Shown in pieces: positions 12,391 to 24,934 of a stretch of DNA of 64,000 bases. The DNA is taken from positions 273,007 through 337,006 of the forward strand of contig RDEW01000038.1 of NCBI GenBank assembly GCA_011109175.1, in the 5' to 3' direction. The notes under the pieces are model-generated. The model searched no databases, was not told the origin of the DNA, and saw only the letters and a list, made by a program, of their open reading frames with translations. Numbering within the stretch: position 1 is the stretch's first letter; the number at the start of each line of letters is the position of its first letter. Source of the stretch: Dicyema japonicum (lineage: Eukaryota > Animalia > Dicyemida). Both the position numbers and the translations under genes were made by a program.

Positions 12391-15300
12391 TCTATGTAGT
12401 ATCTCAAGAGCTCTCGTAGCTTTTTTCTTGTGTATTTTAGCATGTTGTATACAATTAACTCCCTCTTCAATGAGGATACAAAAGTATTTCATGGTCTTCC
12501 AAAATATGTCTTGAAACATGTTTTTCAGGTTATCCAGTCTCCTTTTTCCAGTTATCATAAGACTAGACTTCTCATGTGCAACTGAAAGAAAGTTTCCATT
12601 ACATCACACTTTGATCTAGTCAATGTACGTCTTCAACCCTTTCTCAGATACGTAAGGGTTTAAAGATGACGTCATCGAAATATATCAAGATTTATATATC
12701 TGGTTTTTCCAGTGAAAGTAATTGACTCATTAAAATGTTGAATAATTGAGGACTGAGGACTGAACCTTTCACATATTGTTCTTTTCGTTTTCGCATCTTC
12801 TTTAGTCAGAAAGATATCGTAAACATAATTGAGAAAGACATCATATTTGGTTTTCATTAAATGAAAATCGGTCAGGAATAGGTTAAATAATAAAATAGAT
12901 AATGAAATTTTTAAAAAAATAACTTTAAGAGGCGAGAAATGATTCTTGATATCAAGTTAGTTAGTTAGTTAAGTAACCTCAGCCTCACTAACTTGTAGGA
13001 GGCCAGCAGCTATTAAGTAGTACACAGCAGATGTAATCGCTTCCATAGATCGGTCAGTTCCGGCATTGTGGAGAAATGTTGTGCCAATTTATGAAATTGA
13101 AATAGGTGATTTGTTGTCAGTACGTGGAAATTGCAAAAGGTACAGAGTACATCATAAGCTGGTAGATATGGGTGGTGCCCACATCGTAGACGAGCCAGGT
13201 TTACTCGCACGTCCCTTGAAAGAGAGGATTCTGATTGGTCTATTGGAGGAAGGGGTCGTTGTAATATTTTATTGTCTCCGAGTCTTCGGATGCTTCTCGT
13301 AGAAACAAAATCGTGTATCTGTTTCAGACGACTCCTATCATTGGGGATGGAAGGAATGGATGATAGCATTCGAGACAGGTCACTGGTTGTCATAATAATT
13401 TTCCTTTTGTTTTGCGGCTTGCATAGGGAGTGGCAGGGATTTTCTAGACTGTAGGCTTGGGAGAGGAACTGCAGGGCTCTCATTTCAAGATGGTCTCCAA
13501 TTGGAAGGATTTTTGACTCCCAATGTAGATGATCGACAGGAGTTGATCTGAGACATCCAGTAATTATCCTGAGCGCGATGTTTTGTACTTTTTGTAGTTT
13601 GTCAATAGAAGAAAAAGAGGCAGAGGTTGACCAGCAAGGGCTTGCATAGTTAATAGTTGTTCGAATGAATTGTTGATGATGGTTAGGGTTTCTTTGCTTT
13701 GGCCAAAGGAATGGCCTGACACAGCTTTAAATATGTTGATATTGTGAGAGGCCTTTTTTACATTGTTCCTCCACATGTTTAGAAAAAGTTAGTAGTTGGT
13801 CATAAATAACTCCAAGTATTTTGGGATGTTTCGTAACGGTGAGTGGTTGTCCATGAATTGTTAAAATTGGTTGAAATTTTAGTTGGCGGCGGTTTGACGT
13901 GAATACAGTGACGGTAGATTTTTATGAAGAGGGGGACAGGTAGTTTGCTTTAAGCCACTCTTGTGTTCAAGTGGATCTGAACATTTTTCGTTGCTTCGTT
14001 AACGTCTATGTCTTTAGAGGCAACAATCATGTCATCCGCATACAATAGTAGAAGTGTTTTGGAATTGATTGGAATGTCGCTTAGGTGTAAGTTGAATAAG
14101 ATGGGTGATAAAACGGAGCCTTGAGGAACTCCATTTGGAAGGAGTCTGTAATGAGATAGACATGACATAATTTCAGCTGGACCAATTTTTCCAGAGAGGA
14201 AATTTGTTAACCAATTCTGAAGACATGGAGGAATTCCAGATACAAGAATTTTTGTTACTTAGCTTTCGCCTTGATGTTCGATCGAACGCTTTGGTTAGGT
14301 CGATCGATGCAAGGATAGTCCGTTTGGGAGAATTATAATTGGTAAAACCATCAGCGATATATTGAGATAGGGTAGAGAGATGTGATAATGTTGAGTATTG
14401 TGAACGAAAGCCATGTTGAAAATCAGGGAAGATACTTCGATATTAGTTTCAGTACAACACGTTCAACAATTTTCGATACTACAGATAGTAGTTAAATTGA
14501 TCTGGAAGATCTCGGATCCGAAGGATCTTTCTTGGTCTTCTGGATTGGGATTATTTTGGATTTTTTCCATAGTGAAGGATTTCTGCAGGTGTTGATGGAC
14601 ACATAAATTATGTCTGCCTGATGAGTGAAATCACGCGGTGTTTGATTATTGTCAATACTGGTGGCGTGGATTGTCTACATTTCATTTTGTTTCGACTGAA
14701 TTCCACGTAAAGTACCCCAAAATCCTTTAGTTTTGTTCGGTGGTTAATTTTTGAGGAAATTGTTCCAACGGTCAAATTTCCTTTTGTTGATTAATTCTGT
14801 AATTTCGATATTAAGGATGGATAGTTCGGCCGTATAAATTCTTGATTTTTTGAGTCGACGTCTTGTATGAATCTTTTCGATTATTTCCTTAGTGAAATTG
14901 GGATTATAGTCTGCAATAAGTCCTTTTGGAATGTATTTCTTTGGCACTGAGGATGACCTCATTAAAAAATTTCATTGCGGCGTCAACCGATTTGAAATTC
15001 TCAACGAAGTCGGATAGAAATTATTTTGTTTCTTCTCTGAATGAATCCCACTTTGCACGTTTGTAATTCGTTATAGTTTTCCGATGCCTAACAATAGGCG
15101 AGAGTAGTTCGATTGACAGTAGAATTGGATTATGGTCCGAGTGTAGGTCATATACAATTCTCCATGATATCGCCGAAGATAGTGATGGAGAACATAGTGT
15201 GAGGTCGGGTCATGTATTAGAGTCTCCAGGTCTAAAAGCTGTTCGAGTGTGTGATTTCCTGTCATTGAGGATAACTAATTGTTCTAGTTGAGAGAGGAAC

Positions 15301-15799
15301 TGAAACCCCCTCTCATTACTCTTTTGCCCGATTAGCCAGAGAGGTTTTTTTGCATTTAAGTCTCCGCAGATTATCACATTTTCAATTTTTTGCAATTCGG
15401 TTAGTTTTGGGAAGTAATGTTTCATACTGGGACTTGGTGGCGGGATGTAAATATTTACAAACGTAAATTTTGTGTGGTTTATTTTCACCAAAACAGAAAT
15501 AAGTTCGATGTGATCGTCATCTTCAAAAAGAGCTTGTCTCTGAGCGGAAATATCGGAGAATGGAATTGATTTTTGCATGAGTATGAGAACACCTCCTCCT
15601 CTGTTTGAATTCTGTCGATCACGGCGGACAATTGAGTAGTCATTGTAGTATGGAAGCGATGACTTTTTTTTATAGTTTCGTTTCCTGTATCACAGAAATA
15701 TCAATTTTGTAGAAAGTTAAAAATGCAAAAAGTTCATTTGATTTCTATGAAGCCGTTTATGTTGAATTGCATGATATTAAGGAATTCCCCGTTCTTGTG

Positions 15800-15826
15800 G
15801 GGCCAGGGGTTCTGTTCGATTTCCCC
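15800..15826 (-). other. Degenerate 2A/StopGo motif (GEIEQNPWP)
   Basis: Two single-base changes from GD(V/I)ExNPGP, directly upstream of the APE domain. Confidence 0.7.
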
Positions 15827-15946
15827 AGAAAAGATTAGGAGTAGCCAATCCGATCTTTGGAAGCAAAAGCAAAGCGCCCGCTCAATAGCCGCGATCATCC
15901 AGTCCGACTTCCCAGAGGTCGTTGAAAATGTTGACAGGAGAATAAT

Positions 15947-16021
15947 TGTGGTTCTTTTAGTTGCCAGATTGATACTGGTATCCAATTTTTTCCACGTGAA
16001 GGTGAACCACATTGAAAACTT
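15947..16021 (-). ncRNA. HDV-like self-cleaving ribozyme fold at the 5' end of copy 1
   Basis: Minus strand: P1 agtttt/aaaatt, P2 tgtggttc/gaaccaca (8 bp), P3 acc/gg(a), L3 ttcacgt, J1/4 gg, P4 ccag/ctgg, J4/2 Ctaaaa. The fold starts right at the TSD boundary. Confidence 0.75.
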
Positions 16022-16149
16022 TATATCAAGTTAAGTAACGAGACATGTAGAAAATCTTTTAAAAATTAGATTTGTAAGATAACTCTTAATTTTTTAACTA
16101 AAATTATATAATTGTAAAAAGTTTTTAAAATATTTCTTGTGAAGTATTA

Positions 16150-19038
16150 ATGGACTACACAAAAGCCTTGATTTCTTTGGACAGCTGTTAGTAAAAATTC
16201 AAAACTTTTAGATTTCCACAACGATAAAGACGTCGATAAATATTCAGCTATTTCTTACTGTTCTCAACTTTTGACTCGTTACCCCTTCACTAAATTTGTT
16301 AACGCAGTTTTTACAAAACTGATCGATATATACACAGAAGGGTACTCACTTATAAAGATTTAAGAGAAAACCTTAAAAAAGTCTCCATTCTTCTTATATT
16401 CCGGGAACATCAAAGTCATCTAACCAAGATCTGGTCTCTCGATCAATTCAGCAGAAAAATGATATCTGTCCTTCACAGCAACGACAACATTGCTAGATCA
16501 GTCACTTTGAGGTTCTCATACGGTAGACACTATTAGATTGATTGCAATATTTAGCCACGTGCTAAACGAATGCAGAGAAGTGGGGCATTTCATTATGACT
16601 TCACTTGAGTCCTCTCAATCTGAGGAAGTCATAAGCGCGGCCTTTGCTGCCTCGGCTTTTTCCGCGAAATCACGGTTTTTATCATGGGTAATAATAGAAT
16701 ATTCTCAGACACATTTTACTTAAAAATCATCAAAATACTTAAAAAACCAGACAAAAGCACGTGTCATATTTTTCATGTACTCAGAACCATGGATGGAAGT
16801 GATGTGACTCTACAAAAGTCCTGGATTCATTGCAAAAACATATTTCCCTCAATTTATGACCAAAGTCTGATTTCTGACTTTGTGGAGACAATGACAATTA
16901 TTGCATGTAAATGTCCTGCTCTCATTGATGCCCACGTGACTTTGTATTTTACTTGAATAGGCATGCTTTTTACTGGAGATTTGTCGTTCAAGGGCCTCCC
17001 AAATGTCAGCTTTATTTTCGCTCCGTCGACTGGTTAAGTTCCCCCACTGGCTTAGTGGAAAAAATATCACAGTTTCCATTTTTAGACTATTTAGGCCATT
17101 TTAAACAAAATTCGTTTGCTGAATAGTACAAAAGAGGAGGTGATTGTAGAATGGGCACGTGTGGTGTCCATATTGTTGCAGTCTGACGTGTGTATACGAT
17201 CTAACACGGTGGAACAAGTTTGTGATCATTTGGTTGGCTTGTTTGACATTGTTGACTTGAGTCCACTCTCTTTGGCCCACATTATTGTTTGTGGTCTGCA
17301 AATGATTCTCCTTCTCCGCGAAAATTCTTGCAACCATAAATGTTTTTTTTTTATTTTAATTAACCGTTTTTATATATTTTTGCTTTTTGAGTATTTTTAT
17401 AAATTAGCAGATTTTGGAGAGATATTTGTCACCTCATGGGTAGTTGATTTGTTGTTTCTTTTAATCAGCAGGCCAGTCCTCAACACCGTGGAGAGTTATC
17501 CAGATAACCTTCAAGTATAGTTATTTTTATTAGCAGACCCAAATGGACTTGATCTGCTTTTATTTGACCCAATTAAACTTTTATAAACCTATTATTACCT
17601 GGTTTAAATATCAAATTAATTCCACCACATCGATTGGAGAAATGGACAAATTCGCCCGCATTATTTCAATTCTTCGTTATATGCCTCACAACGTGGTGAC
17701 CTCTGTTCAACCGTATATTTCACCGTTCATAGTATTTTTTAAGTATATCAATTAGAATATACAGAACGATTTATCTTCTTACATTTTTACATCATTTTGC
17801 TCTGACTTGAATAAGCTGTATAACATTGCCATTTCTCTTTCCAGAAAAGGCGGATTGTTGAGTTATTCTGTTGGAATCTTTAAATTTATTCATGAGGTCT
17901 ATAATTATGATATTTCAGAATGGCGAACCTAAAATTTCAGATTTGGCGGGATTTTTTGTTCAATTGTGTACTTATGAACTTAACCTTTCAAATTTGAACC
18001 AATTTTCCACTATTATTTCTGAGTGTGGGAAACTTCAAAATGGACTTTCTGTAGTTGTTTTATTTGAGTCGTAGGTTCTTTCTGGTTTAAATGATTGCAT
18101 CTTTTCCCTTAGGAGAGATTTTTTCACTGTTCAGAAGAATTTTGTTTTTCTTTTTTCTAACATTTGGCAAAAATTTATTGAATTTTTATTCCTTGTTGAA
18201 TCAGATCAGTTTTACTTTTATAACAAGACTGTAGAAGAGCGAATCAAAATGTGGAATAATTTGGTTGAATTTATAAGTTATGGACAGTTTAAGTCTTTTT
18301 TTCAAGTCACTGTGGAAATGTTATACCTAATAGGAAGATTTTACCGCCGTTTGTTTGACTGTGACAACGATTCTTTGAAATACATCGAAAAGTAAGGTTC
18401 ATCTACAGTTTAGTTATGAATCTATTGCTGAATGCCTTGTTCGTGTCCTCTTCCAGCAGTTTTTGTTATTTTTGAATTTTAAGGAGATACTCTTCCGAGT
18501 ATACCGAAGCGGTAGTTTCTGTAAATTCACTTCTGGAAGGAATAAACGCTTATTTATTTAATTCTTCACCTCAGATGCTTCAATTTATTAAGGATGAGTT
18601 TGAAAATTTTCTAGCAAAAGCCGTGGAATTGGTTTGCCAGAGAATACCGCCATTTATGTTCCATGAATTCCAAAGAACACAAATAAACCTTGAGATAACA
18701 GTGGGGACTGGTTCTGATGCGAAATTTCCACGAAATTCTCTGGTTTTACTGTCAGTGGAGGGAATTGTGGAGCAGAAAGGGGTGGACTATGATGACATAG
18801 TGCGCCCGGTGGAGACTGTAAGAGTAAATGTGAAACAGGTGTGAGGTTGAGTGATGTGTAGGGGTCTGTTGGTGTGTATGATGGAACTATAAGTGTGAAG
18901 AATGGCTATTTTGTTTATAATGTAGTTATGAAAGTGAAGGAAAATTGTTCTGGTCTGGTGGAAGTGTTCTTAGTTGATGGGAGTGGTGTTGAATTTGATA
19001 AAGTGACTGAACATAAATTTGAGATCGTCACTTTTTGA
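16150..19038 (+). CDS. INTS7: Integrator complex subunit 7, with more than 12 micro-introns
   Basis: Spliced protein contains TRYPFTKFVNAVFTKL, SVLHSNDNIARSVTLR, AAFAASAFSAKS, YRRLFDCDNDSL and LSVEGIVEQ, matching INTS7 motifs. Short GT-AG introns (e.g. 16187-16211) restore the frame to TGA at 19036-19038. Confidence 0.88.
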
Positions 19039-19289
19039 CATCTGATTTTGTATTTTTTGCATATTTGAATTTTATTATTTTAACACTTATATTTATCAGT
19101 TTTTAAAACGTTGGACATTTTTCTTCCCAGACGATGGGGGTGTGTATAGGCCATTCAAGCTCGAGATTCCGTTTTCTCCCAAGTGACTTTCCATTTTTCC
19201 GCCGCTTTTTAACTTAATCTTACACGACTTACCCTGAAGTAGCACATTCAATGCTTATAACAATGATACAGTTAATGCGAGTCGAAATA

Positions 19290-19900
19290 GATACATGGAT
19301 ATGTCAAAATCAGAACTCCAGGACCCAGCCGTTACAAGAATGAGTTGCCGTCTTATATTAAAAGCTCTTAAATTCGACGGTGGAGTATATCTGTGCCTCC
19401 TGGGCTTATGGGATTTCAAACTTATATAAGATAAATTCCCTAAGAGCAAAAATGGCTCACAACCAATTTTACTGTTCAGCTATTCCTCCATTACTCAACA
19501 ACGTCGCAATCCAGAACAATGCACTCCGAATCCGATCGCTTCTACAAATCAGCGATAGAAGCCGCCAAAACACGTAAACTGGGGAATACTCTCACGCCTG
19601 TCCATATTCTCATCAAAAAAGGATGAACGTTCTAGCAAAAGATCTTATAAAAACATTTTTTAAGTCCAAGATCCACCCGTTACAAGAATTACTTCCATCT
19701 TATACAATCTGCTTCTAAAGTCGTTGGTTGTGACTCCTGGGTTATGGAATCTGTCTCAAGGTACGAGGCCATAAATTCTCTAAGAAGGAAAATATCTACT
19801 AACTTATTCTATTTCCTCCCCTCTTAACCGTCCAGAACCCGGAATAGTAAATCTGGATTCCTCTCTCTGCGGTGTCGAATATGATACTATCATTCAATCA
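19290..19900 (+). mobile_element. Decayed LINE C-terminal fragments
   Basis: VEYICASWAYGIS...QNNALR motif, partially duplicated. Confidence 0.6.
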
Positions 19901-20700
19901 GCTGTATAACCCACGCCTCGTCAAATTTTGCTGAAAGAGAAAAGCAGTGGAAACTATGGATGAGTACATCAAAAATCTTATGCACTTGTGAAGACTTGTC
20001 ATTTAATTAGTTGGTTTAACTTCATCTTGTTCCCCTTTTATGGAATAAATAATAATTTTTAGAGTTCTTAAGTGTGACCATTATGAAAGTGGAAACAAAT
20101 ACGCTGCATTTGGGGATAATTCCATGAACGTGATCGTATAACATTTACATAAATTCTTGATAAGGATCATAAAGGAACATTTCAGTGATCTAATGATTCT
20201 GATTTATAACAGAGAAAAGTAGATAGGTAAGTAAACAGAATCATCTAGTAGAGACACATGCAATTATAATTTACTACCACGGCAGTTAACTTCATTTATA
20301 TCTTATTATCCTCTGTGGAATGTTTTATCTCAAAAACTACGATTGAGTTGATAATGATATTAATACATATTCTCCCTCTCCCTTAGTCATTCTCAACAAG
20401 GGGCGAGTTTTTTCTTTCATCTACAAATCCGCAAACTATTTAGGATTTTTATTAATATTAAGTTGCAGAAATTGTGGCCAATATTTTTCAACCTTGAACG
20501 AGTTTAAATCATATCTAAAAAACTCATAGTCTCTGGAATTGATGATGCAATAGCCATGTTCAGTAAACATTGTGGATTTATGAATTTTTAAAACAAAATT
20601 GCCAACATGGTATATTTATCCATTGTATTTAATACAGAGACAATTTTGTAATTATAATTTATCGGTTGAACTGCATTAAACTGCACTTTTGCACATAGCT

Positions 20701-20988
20701 GTATTAGCTATAGCTCAGTTCAGGCAGGACGCACACTTTATTTAAGTAAAGAACAGTTATGATAACTAATAGAACCAAGGAATAATCCACTTCTTTTTTC
20801 TTTTTGTTGGGTTTATGTATTTTAAAGACGATCCGATTCCGCAGTGAAATGATCACTGATAACGCCGTTACTCGTCAGGCCAAAATATCGTAGATGTGTG
20901 TACACTTCAGCCGAAATTAAAGCAGCGGAATTCGAACTAGAGGCCATTAGGCCTCTTGCCCGGCACTCGTTACACTGCGCCACCAGTT
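20701..20988 (-). mobile_element. tRNA-headed SINE, copy A
   Basis: A box tggcgcagtg and B box gttcgaattcc. Body is homologous to 38004-38319. Candidate TSD catagct at 20694-20700 and 20989-20995. Confidence 0.8.
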
Positions 20989-21289
20989 CATAGCTAAAAA
21001 TAAAAAGATATACGAGCCAAGAGAATACGAGTTCCGATGTTTCAAAAATAATTTATCTTTCATGAATATTGTATTGAACAAAGAAAACATAACTACATGA
21101 TAGGAAGAATCGTAATAATTTGAGTATCTGCAATATACAAGATATCATAGTAGAATACATAAAGCATCTGGTAAGCCTTCACCAAGGTCAATGGTTTTTT
21201 AATAAAAATTACTAATTATAACATTACTATAGTTATTATGGGAGGCGATTTATTTGGGAATACAGTCTCCTAGATCAGCATTGTTCCTA

Positions 21290-21460
21290 ATTTATTAGTC
21301 AATAACATTCGCCGTCGTGACTGCGAAGATCCAGTCACTCGGTCGATAAGTGCTTGTGTGGGGTCGAGGGAGGAGCATCAGGCCAAGATGAGGTCCCTAC
21401 TAGAGTGTGTTGATTAATTAGTTTGTGTATCCCGTCTCTCTGGTGTTATTATTATTATAA
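21290..21460 (+). mobile_element. 5'-truncated LINE 3' end with (TTA)n tail
   Basis: GSREEHQAKMRSLLE resembles the C-termini at ~6440 and ~47180. Tail gttattattattat. Confidence 0.5.
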
Positions 21461-21623
21461 AAGAAAAACAATTTATTACAAAACAAGACATTCAAAATAA
21501 TCCAGCTGATAGAATGGAATTGCTGTTCCCCCTGACAACTACAGAGAAATCCTTTGGAACAACCGGTTTCCCAACGCTCATTAGTAACTTTCGAAATCAT
21601 TGACCCAAGCGATCTTAGAAAAA

Positions 21624-21898
21624 AGACCGTCTTGGGTCCGAAGACTACACTTGTCTCGATAACAATGTGCTGAACATGGGATCTTGTGGAGAGGCTGTCG
21701 TATTTTTTTATTTTGAAATTCTCGAAAGTTCAAGCAGTCTCCTCAGCTTTCAACGCGGAAGAGACCGTCTTGGGTCCGAAGACTACACTTGTCTCGATAA
21801 CAATGTGCTGAACATGGGATCTTGTGGAGAGGCTGTCGTATTTTTTTATTTTGAAATTCTCGAAATTCCAAGCAGTCTCCCCAGCTTTCGACGAGGAA
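21624..21898. repeat. Tandem duplication, ~138-bp unit x2
   Basis: agaccgtcttgggtccgaagactacac... at 21624 and 21762, with a few mismatches. Confidence 0.9.
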
Positions 21899-22283
21899 CC
21901 AGCATGTCTCGACTGGGAAAAGTTGTCCGTACAAGCCCCATACCAAATCAAGCAATTCCCTCGAGAAAAGGTGAAGATAGCTACCCGTCTAGGCGCTTTC
22001 CATCTCCACGATCCATGCCCACCGGAGCCACAGACGACGGGAATAAGCTGCTTCAAGATAGCGCTTCACAACCCCGTTGATGGCTAAAATTTTTATAGTG
22101 TATAAATTTTTATAGTGGGCAACCCCGATATTTATAGTGTTTTTAGATATTAAAAAATAAAGATTAAAACAAAATTAATTTAATATTTTATAAAAATAAT
22201 TTTTTTTTTTTAATATAATTTAAATATTATTAAATTATATAAAATTAATAAAATTATTCTAATTAGCATTCTTCCTGATTAAC

Positions 22284-22759
22284 ATGGAAATAAATGAGAC
22301 TAAATTAAACTCACCTCGGGGCATTCTAATGATAGCAACCATTGTACTATATTTTTTAATTTTAGATTATTTATATAATTCCTTTGTCATGTTTTATCGT
22401 TGTCTTGCATGCTTCATTTTCTTCAGTTTTTACAGTTATTCAGTTTTTAATTTTAATTGACTTGGAGATTATTCACATGGTCGAGTTTGATGAAATTCAA
22501 ACAAAAATAATATCGATAATAGTTTTAATAATATAAATCCAGAAAACAACTGTATTTTTTCGATATTTCTCATATGTGATATTGCCATATCCATAGTATT
22601 TATTCTGTCTGCAGTATCATCAAAAACACCTATGGATATTATTGGCGCAGTAATTTAATTTTTTATTTTTAGGTTTCACTTTCAGTTGGAACTGTTTTGA
22701 TTGGATCCTTGACTGCTTTGGAGATTCGAGAATTACTTAAACAGAACTCTTTATTTTAA
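22284..22759 (+). CDS. Putative small 4-TM membrane protein (MARVEL-like) with micro-introns
   Basis: MEINETKLNSPRGILMIATI|IIYIIPLSCF resembles MARVEL N-termini. Four hydrophobic segments. First and last introns are ~23 nt; the middle splice is uncertain. Confidence 0.4.
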
Positions 22760-22821
22760 TGGATATTTCAGTCTGTCTAGTTTTATTAAATTATAATAAT
22801 ATCATATTGACCTAATTTACA

Positions 22822-22935
22822 TTTCGCTGCTGTCTATTCGGTGAAGGTTTAACGCATCTACGATGCTCAAGGGTTCACAAGTGACGCGATCATCAGTGAT
22901 TAATCACCAAGGAATTGGATTATCTTCCTTCTCGA
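22822..22935 (+). mobile_element. Internal fragment of the SINE family (copy C)
   Basis: tcgctgctgt...gaaggtt..acgcatctacgatgct...catcagtga...ggaattggatt aligns with copies A and B. Confidence 0.7.
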
Positions 22936-23014
22936 CCATAAAAGCTAAAAAATCAACCTAAATTTTATTAAAGTTAAAAATTTAAGATAAGTTCGCCAAG
23001 GCATTATTTTTCTT

Positions 23015-23207
23015 ATGGATTTTCACTATTCATGCTATTTAGTGGCGAATTATATAGGTTTTAGTTTCGATATGGATTGAAAAGATCCTTTCAAGAGATA
23101 AATTTTTATATGGATTTTCACTATTTATGCTATTTAGTGGCGAATTATATAGGTTTTAGTTTCGATATGGATTGAAAAGATCCTTTCAAGAGATAAATTT
23201 TTATATG
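23015..23207. repeat. Tandem duplication, ~93-bp unit x2
   Basis: tatggattttcactatt...gagataaatttttata repeated. Confidence 0.9.
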
Positions 23208-23614
23208 GCGCTTTTTCCTAAGTGCACGTGGCTGAAACAACATTTTTGAAAATCTCAGGGACATTACCGACAAAAACTTGACCTAAATTTAGAAAAAATA
23301 ATTTATTCAAAAATCCAAAGTTTAGAAAAATACCCTTATAACAACATCCCACTCAAAAATTACAGTCAATTCGATTTTGGTAGATGAAATGAAAAATACC
23401 AAAGATCAAGGAAACGCTAAGCAAACTACTCACATAATCCTAGCACGTTCTATTGGAGACTTGAACTTGCCTCGATACTCCTTCCTTGAGCTCACAAAAA
23501 CACGTATCGGCTGTATAACAGAATGCTCGTAATCTTAAAAAATAAAATCATTTGAATTTAATCAACAAAAAAATCAATGATTTAAAACATTAAAAAAAAT
23601 CATTTAAATTTTTT

Positions 23615-24185
23615 AATGTCTGGAAGAGAGCGTGATGCCTTGTGGGTTCACTTCGATACGTTTATCGAAGTGAACCCTTCAATATGTTGCTTTAGCCTCT
23701 GCAAAGCCCGCCGAGCAACGGTTTGGATGTAAAATCGGGATTCTTGTAACGGACAATGCTGTCAACATGACTAAAATGATGCAAGATCACGATGAAAATA
23801 TTACATGTGGTTGCTCGGCACATTATCTCAACTTTCAAAGGATGTCGAACTAGCTGACGTTAAAGAAACCATCGTAAAAATAAATTAATACTTTCGTAAC
23901 GTCCATCTTCCAGCGGCATGGTACAAATCTGCTGGAGGAAAAAAACTTGTTCTTCCGATTGATGTTCGCTGGAACACTTTATCAGACTGTTTTCAATCTT
24001 ATTTGGATAATTGGTTCATAATTTTGAGAATTTGTACTTGTTCTTCCGATTGATGTTCGCTGGAACACTTTATCAGACTGTTTTCAATCTTATTTGGATA
24101 ATTGGTTCATAATTTTGAGAATTTGTGAGGAACACAGATCGAATATTGATACAGAGTTTGCTTCCAAAGTACAAAATGTTTGCCC
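23615..24185 (+). mobile_element. hAT transposase remnant
   Basis: ILVTDNAVNM, CGCSAHYLN and LPIDVRWNT motifs. Internal ~91-bp tandem duplication at 23945-24126. Confidence 0.8.
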
Positions 24186-24934
24186 AAAATAGTCCAAGAA
24201 AAGGAGAATTTATGGCTAGTTAAGAAAAGTTTTCTTAAACTCATTTGGACAAGTATTTTGGATCATTAACGAAAAACAAATAATTGGTGGAATAAGAAAA
24301 GCTTAAAGCTTTGGAAACTAAAATTAAAGACTGTTAATTTATCGTCAATAGCTGTGGCAATGATGATTTTGAAAGATTCCACTACTCAATTGAACAAGAT
24401 CAAAATTTGCAAGCCAAAGTAGAGAAGTACAGTGCGCCTCTTTGTTTTGCTTTTGGTGAACTATATTTTTTCATTATATCTTAATACAGGTCTGTTATGT
24501 GCATAAAACTAGGGATTGCGACAGCACTATAGATTAAGTAGATATCGACATTCAAAGGAAAAAATTTATAAAATTTAAAAGAGACTGACATTCTTAATAA
24601 GATATAAANNNNNNNNNNNNNNNNNNNNNNNNNNNNNNNNNNNNNNNNNNNNNNNNNNNNNNNNNNNNNNNNNNNNNNNNNNNNNNNNNNNNNNNNNNNN
24701 NNNNNNNNNNNNNNNNNNNNNNNNNNNNNNNNNNNNNNNNNNNNNNNNNNNNNNNNNNNNNNNNNNNNNNNNNNNNNNNNNNNNNNNNNNNNNNNNNNNN
24801 NNNNNNNNNNNNNNNNNNNNNNNNNNNNNNNNNNNNNNNNNNNNNNNNNNNNNNNNNNNNNNNNNNNNNNNNNNNNNNNNNNNNNNNNNNNNNNNNNNNN
24901 NNNNNNNNNNNNNNNNNNNNNNNNNNNNNNNAAA

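Larger units (their letters stand above)
12960..16022 (-). mobile_element. Full-length but decayed Ingi/Vingi-like non-LTR retrotransposon, copy 1
   Basis: APE (MQFNING, NIYIPP, ICGDLNAK), RT (GVPQGSVLSP, YADD) and C-terminal LARLRCGHH. No RNase H is visible. (TAAC)n tail. TSD atatcaagtta at 12949-12959 and 16023-16033. Confidence 0.85.

Noticed and set aside
12955-12975. Telomere-like (TTAG)n repeat
   Set aside because: It is the microsatellite tail of LINE copy 1, next to its TSD.
14618-14630. CTGATGA..GAAA hammerhead-like core
   Set aside because: No room for stem II, and it is antisense to LINE coding sequence.
20925-20988. tRNA gene (also ~38004-38055)
   Set aside because: A/B boxes only, with no acceptor stem; they continue into a shared repeat body with TSDs, so these are SINE heads.
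21624-21898. CRISPR-like or coding repeat
   Set aside because: Simple two-unit duplication without spacers in a eukaryotic context; the overlapping ORFs have no recognisable motifs.
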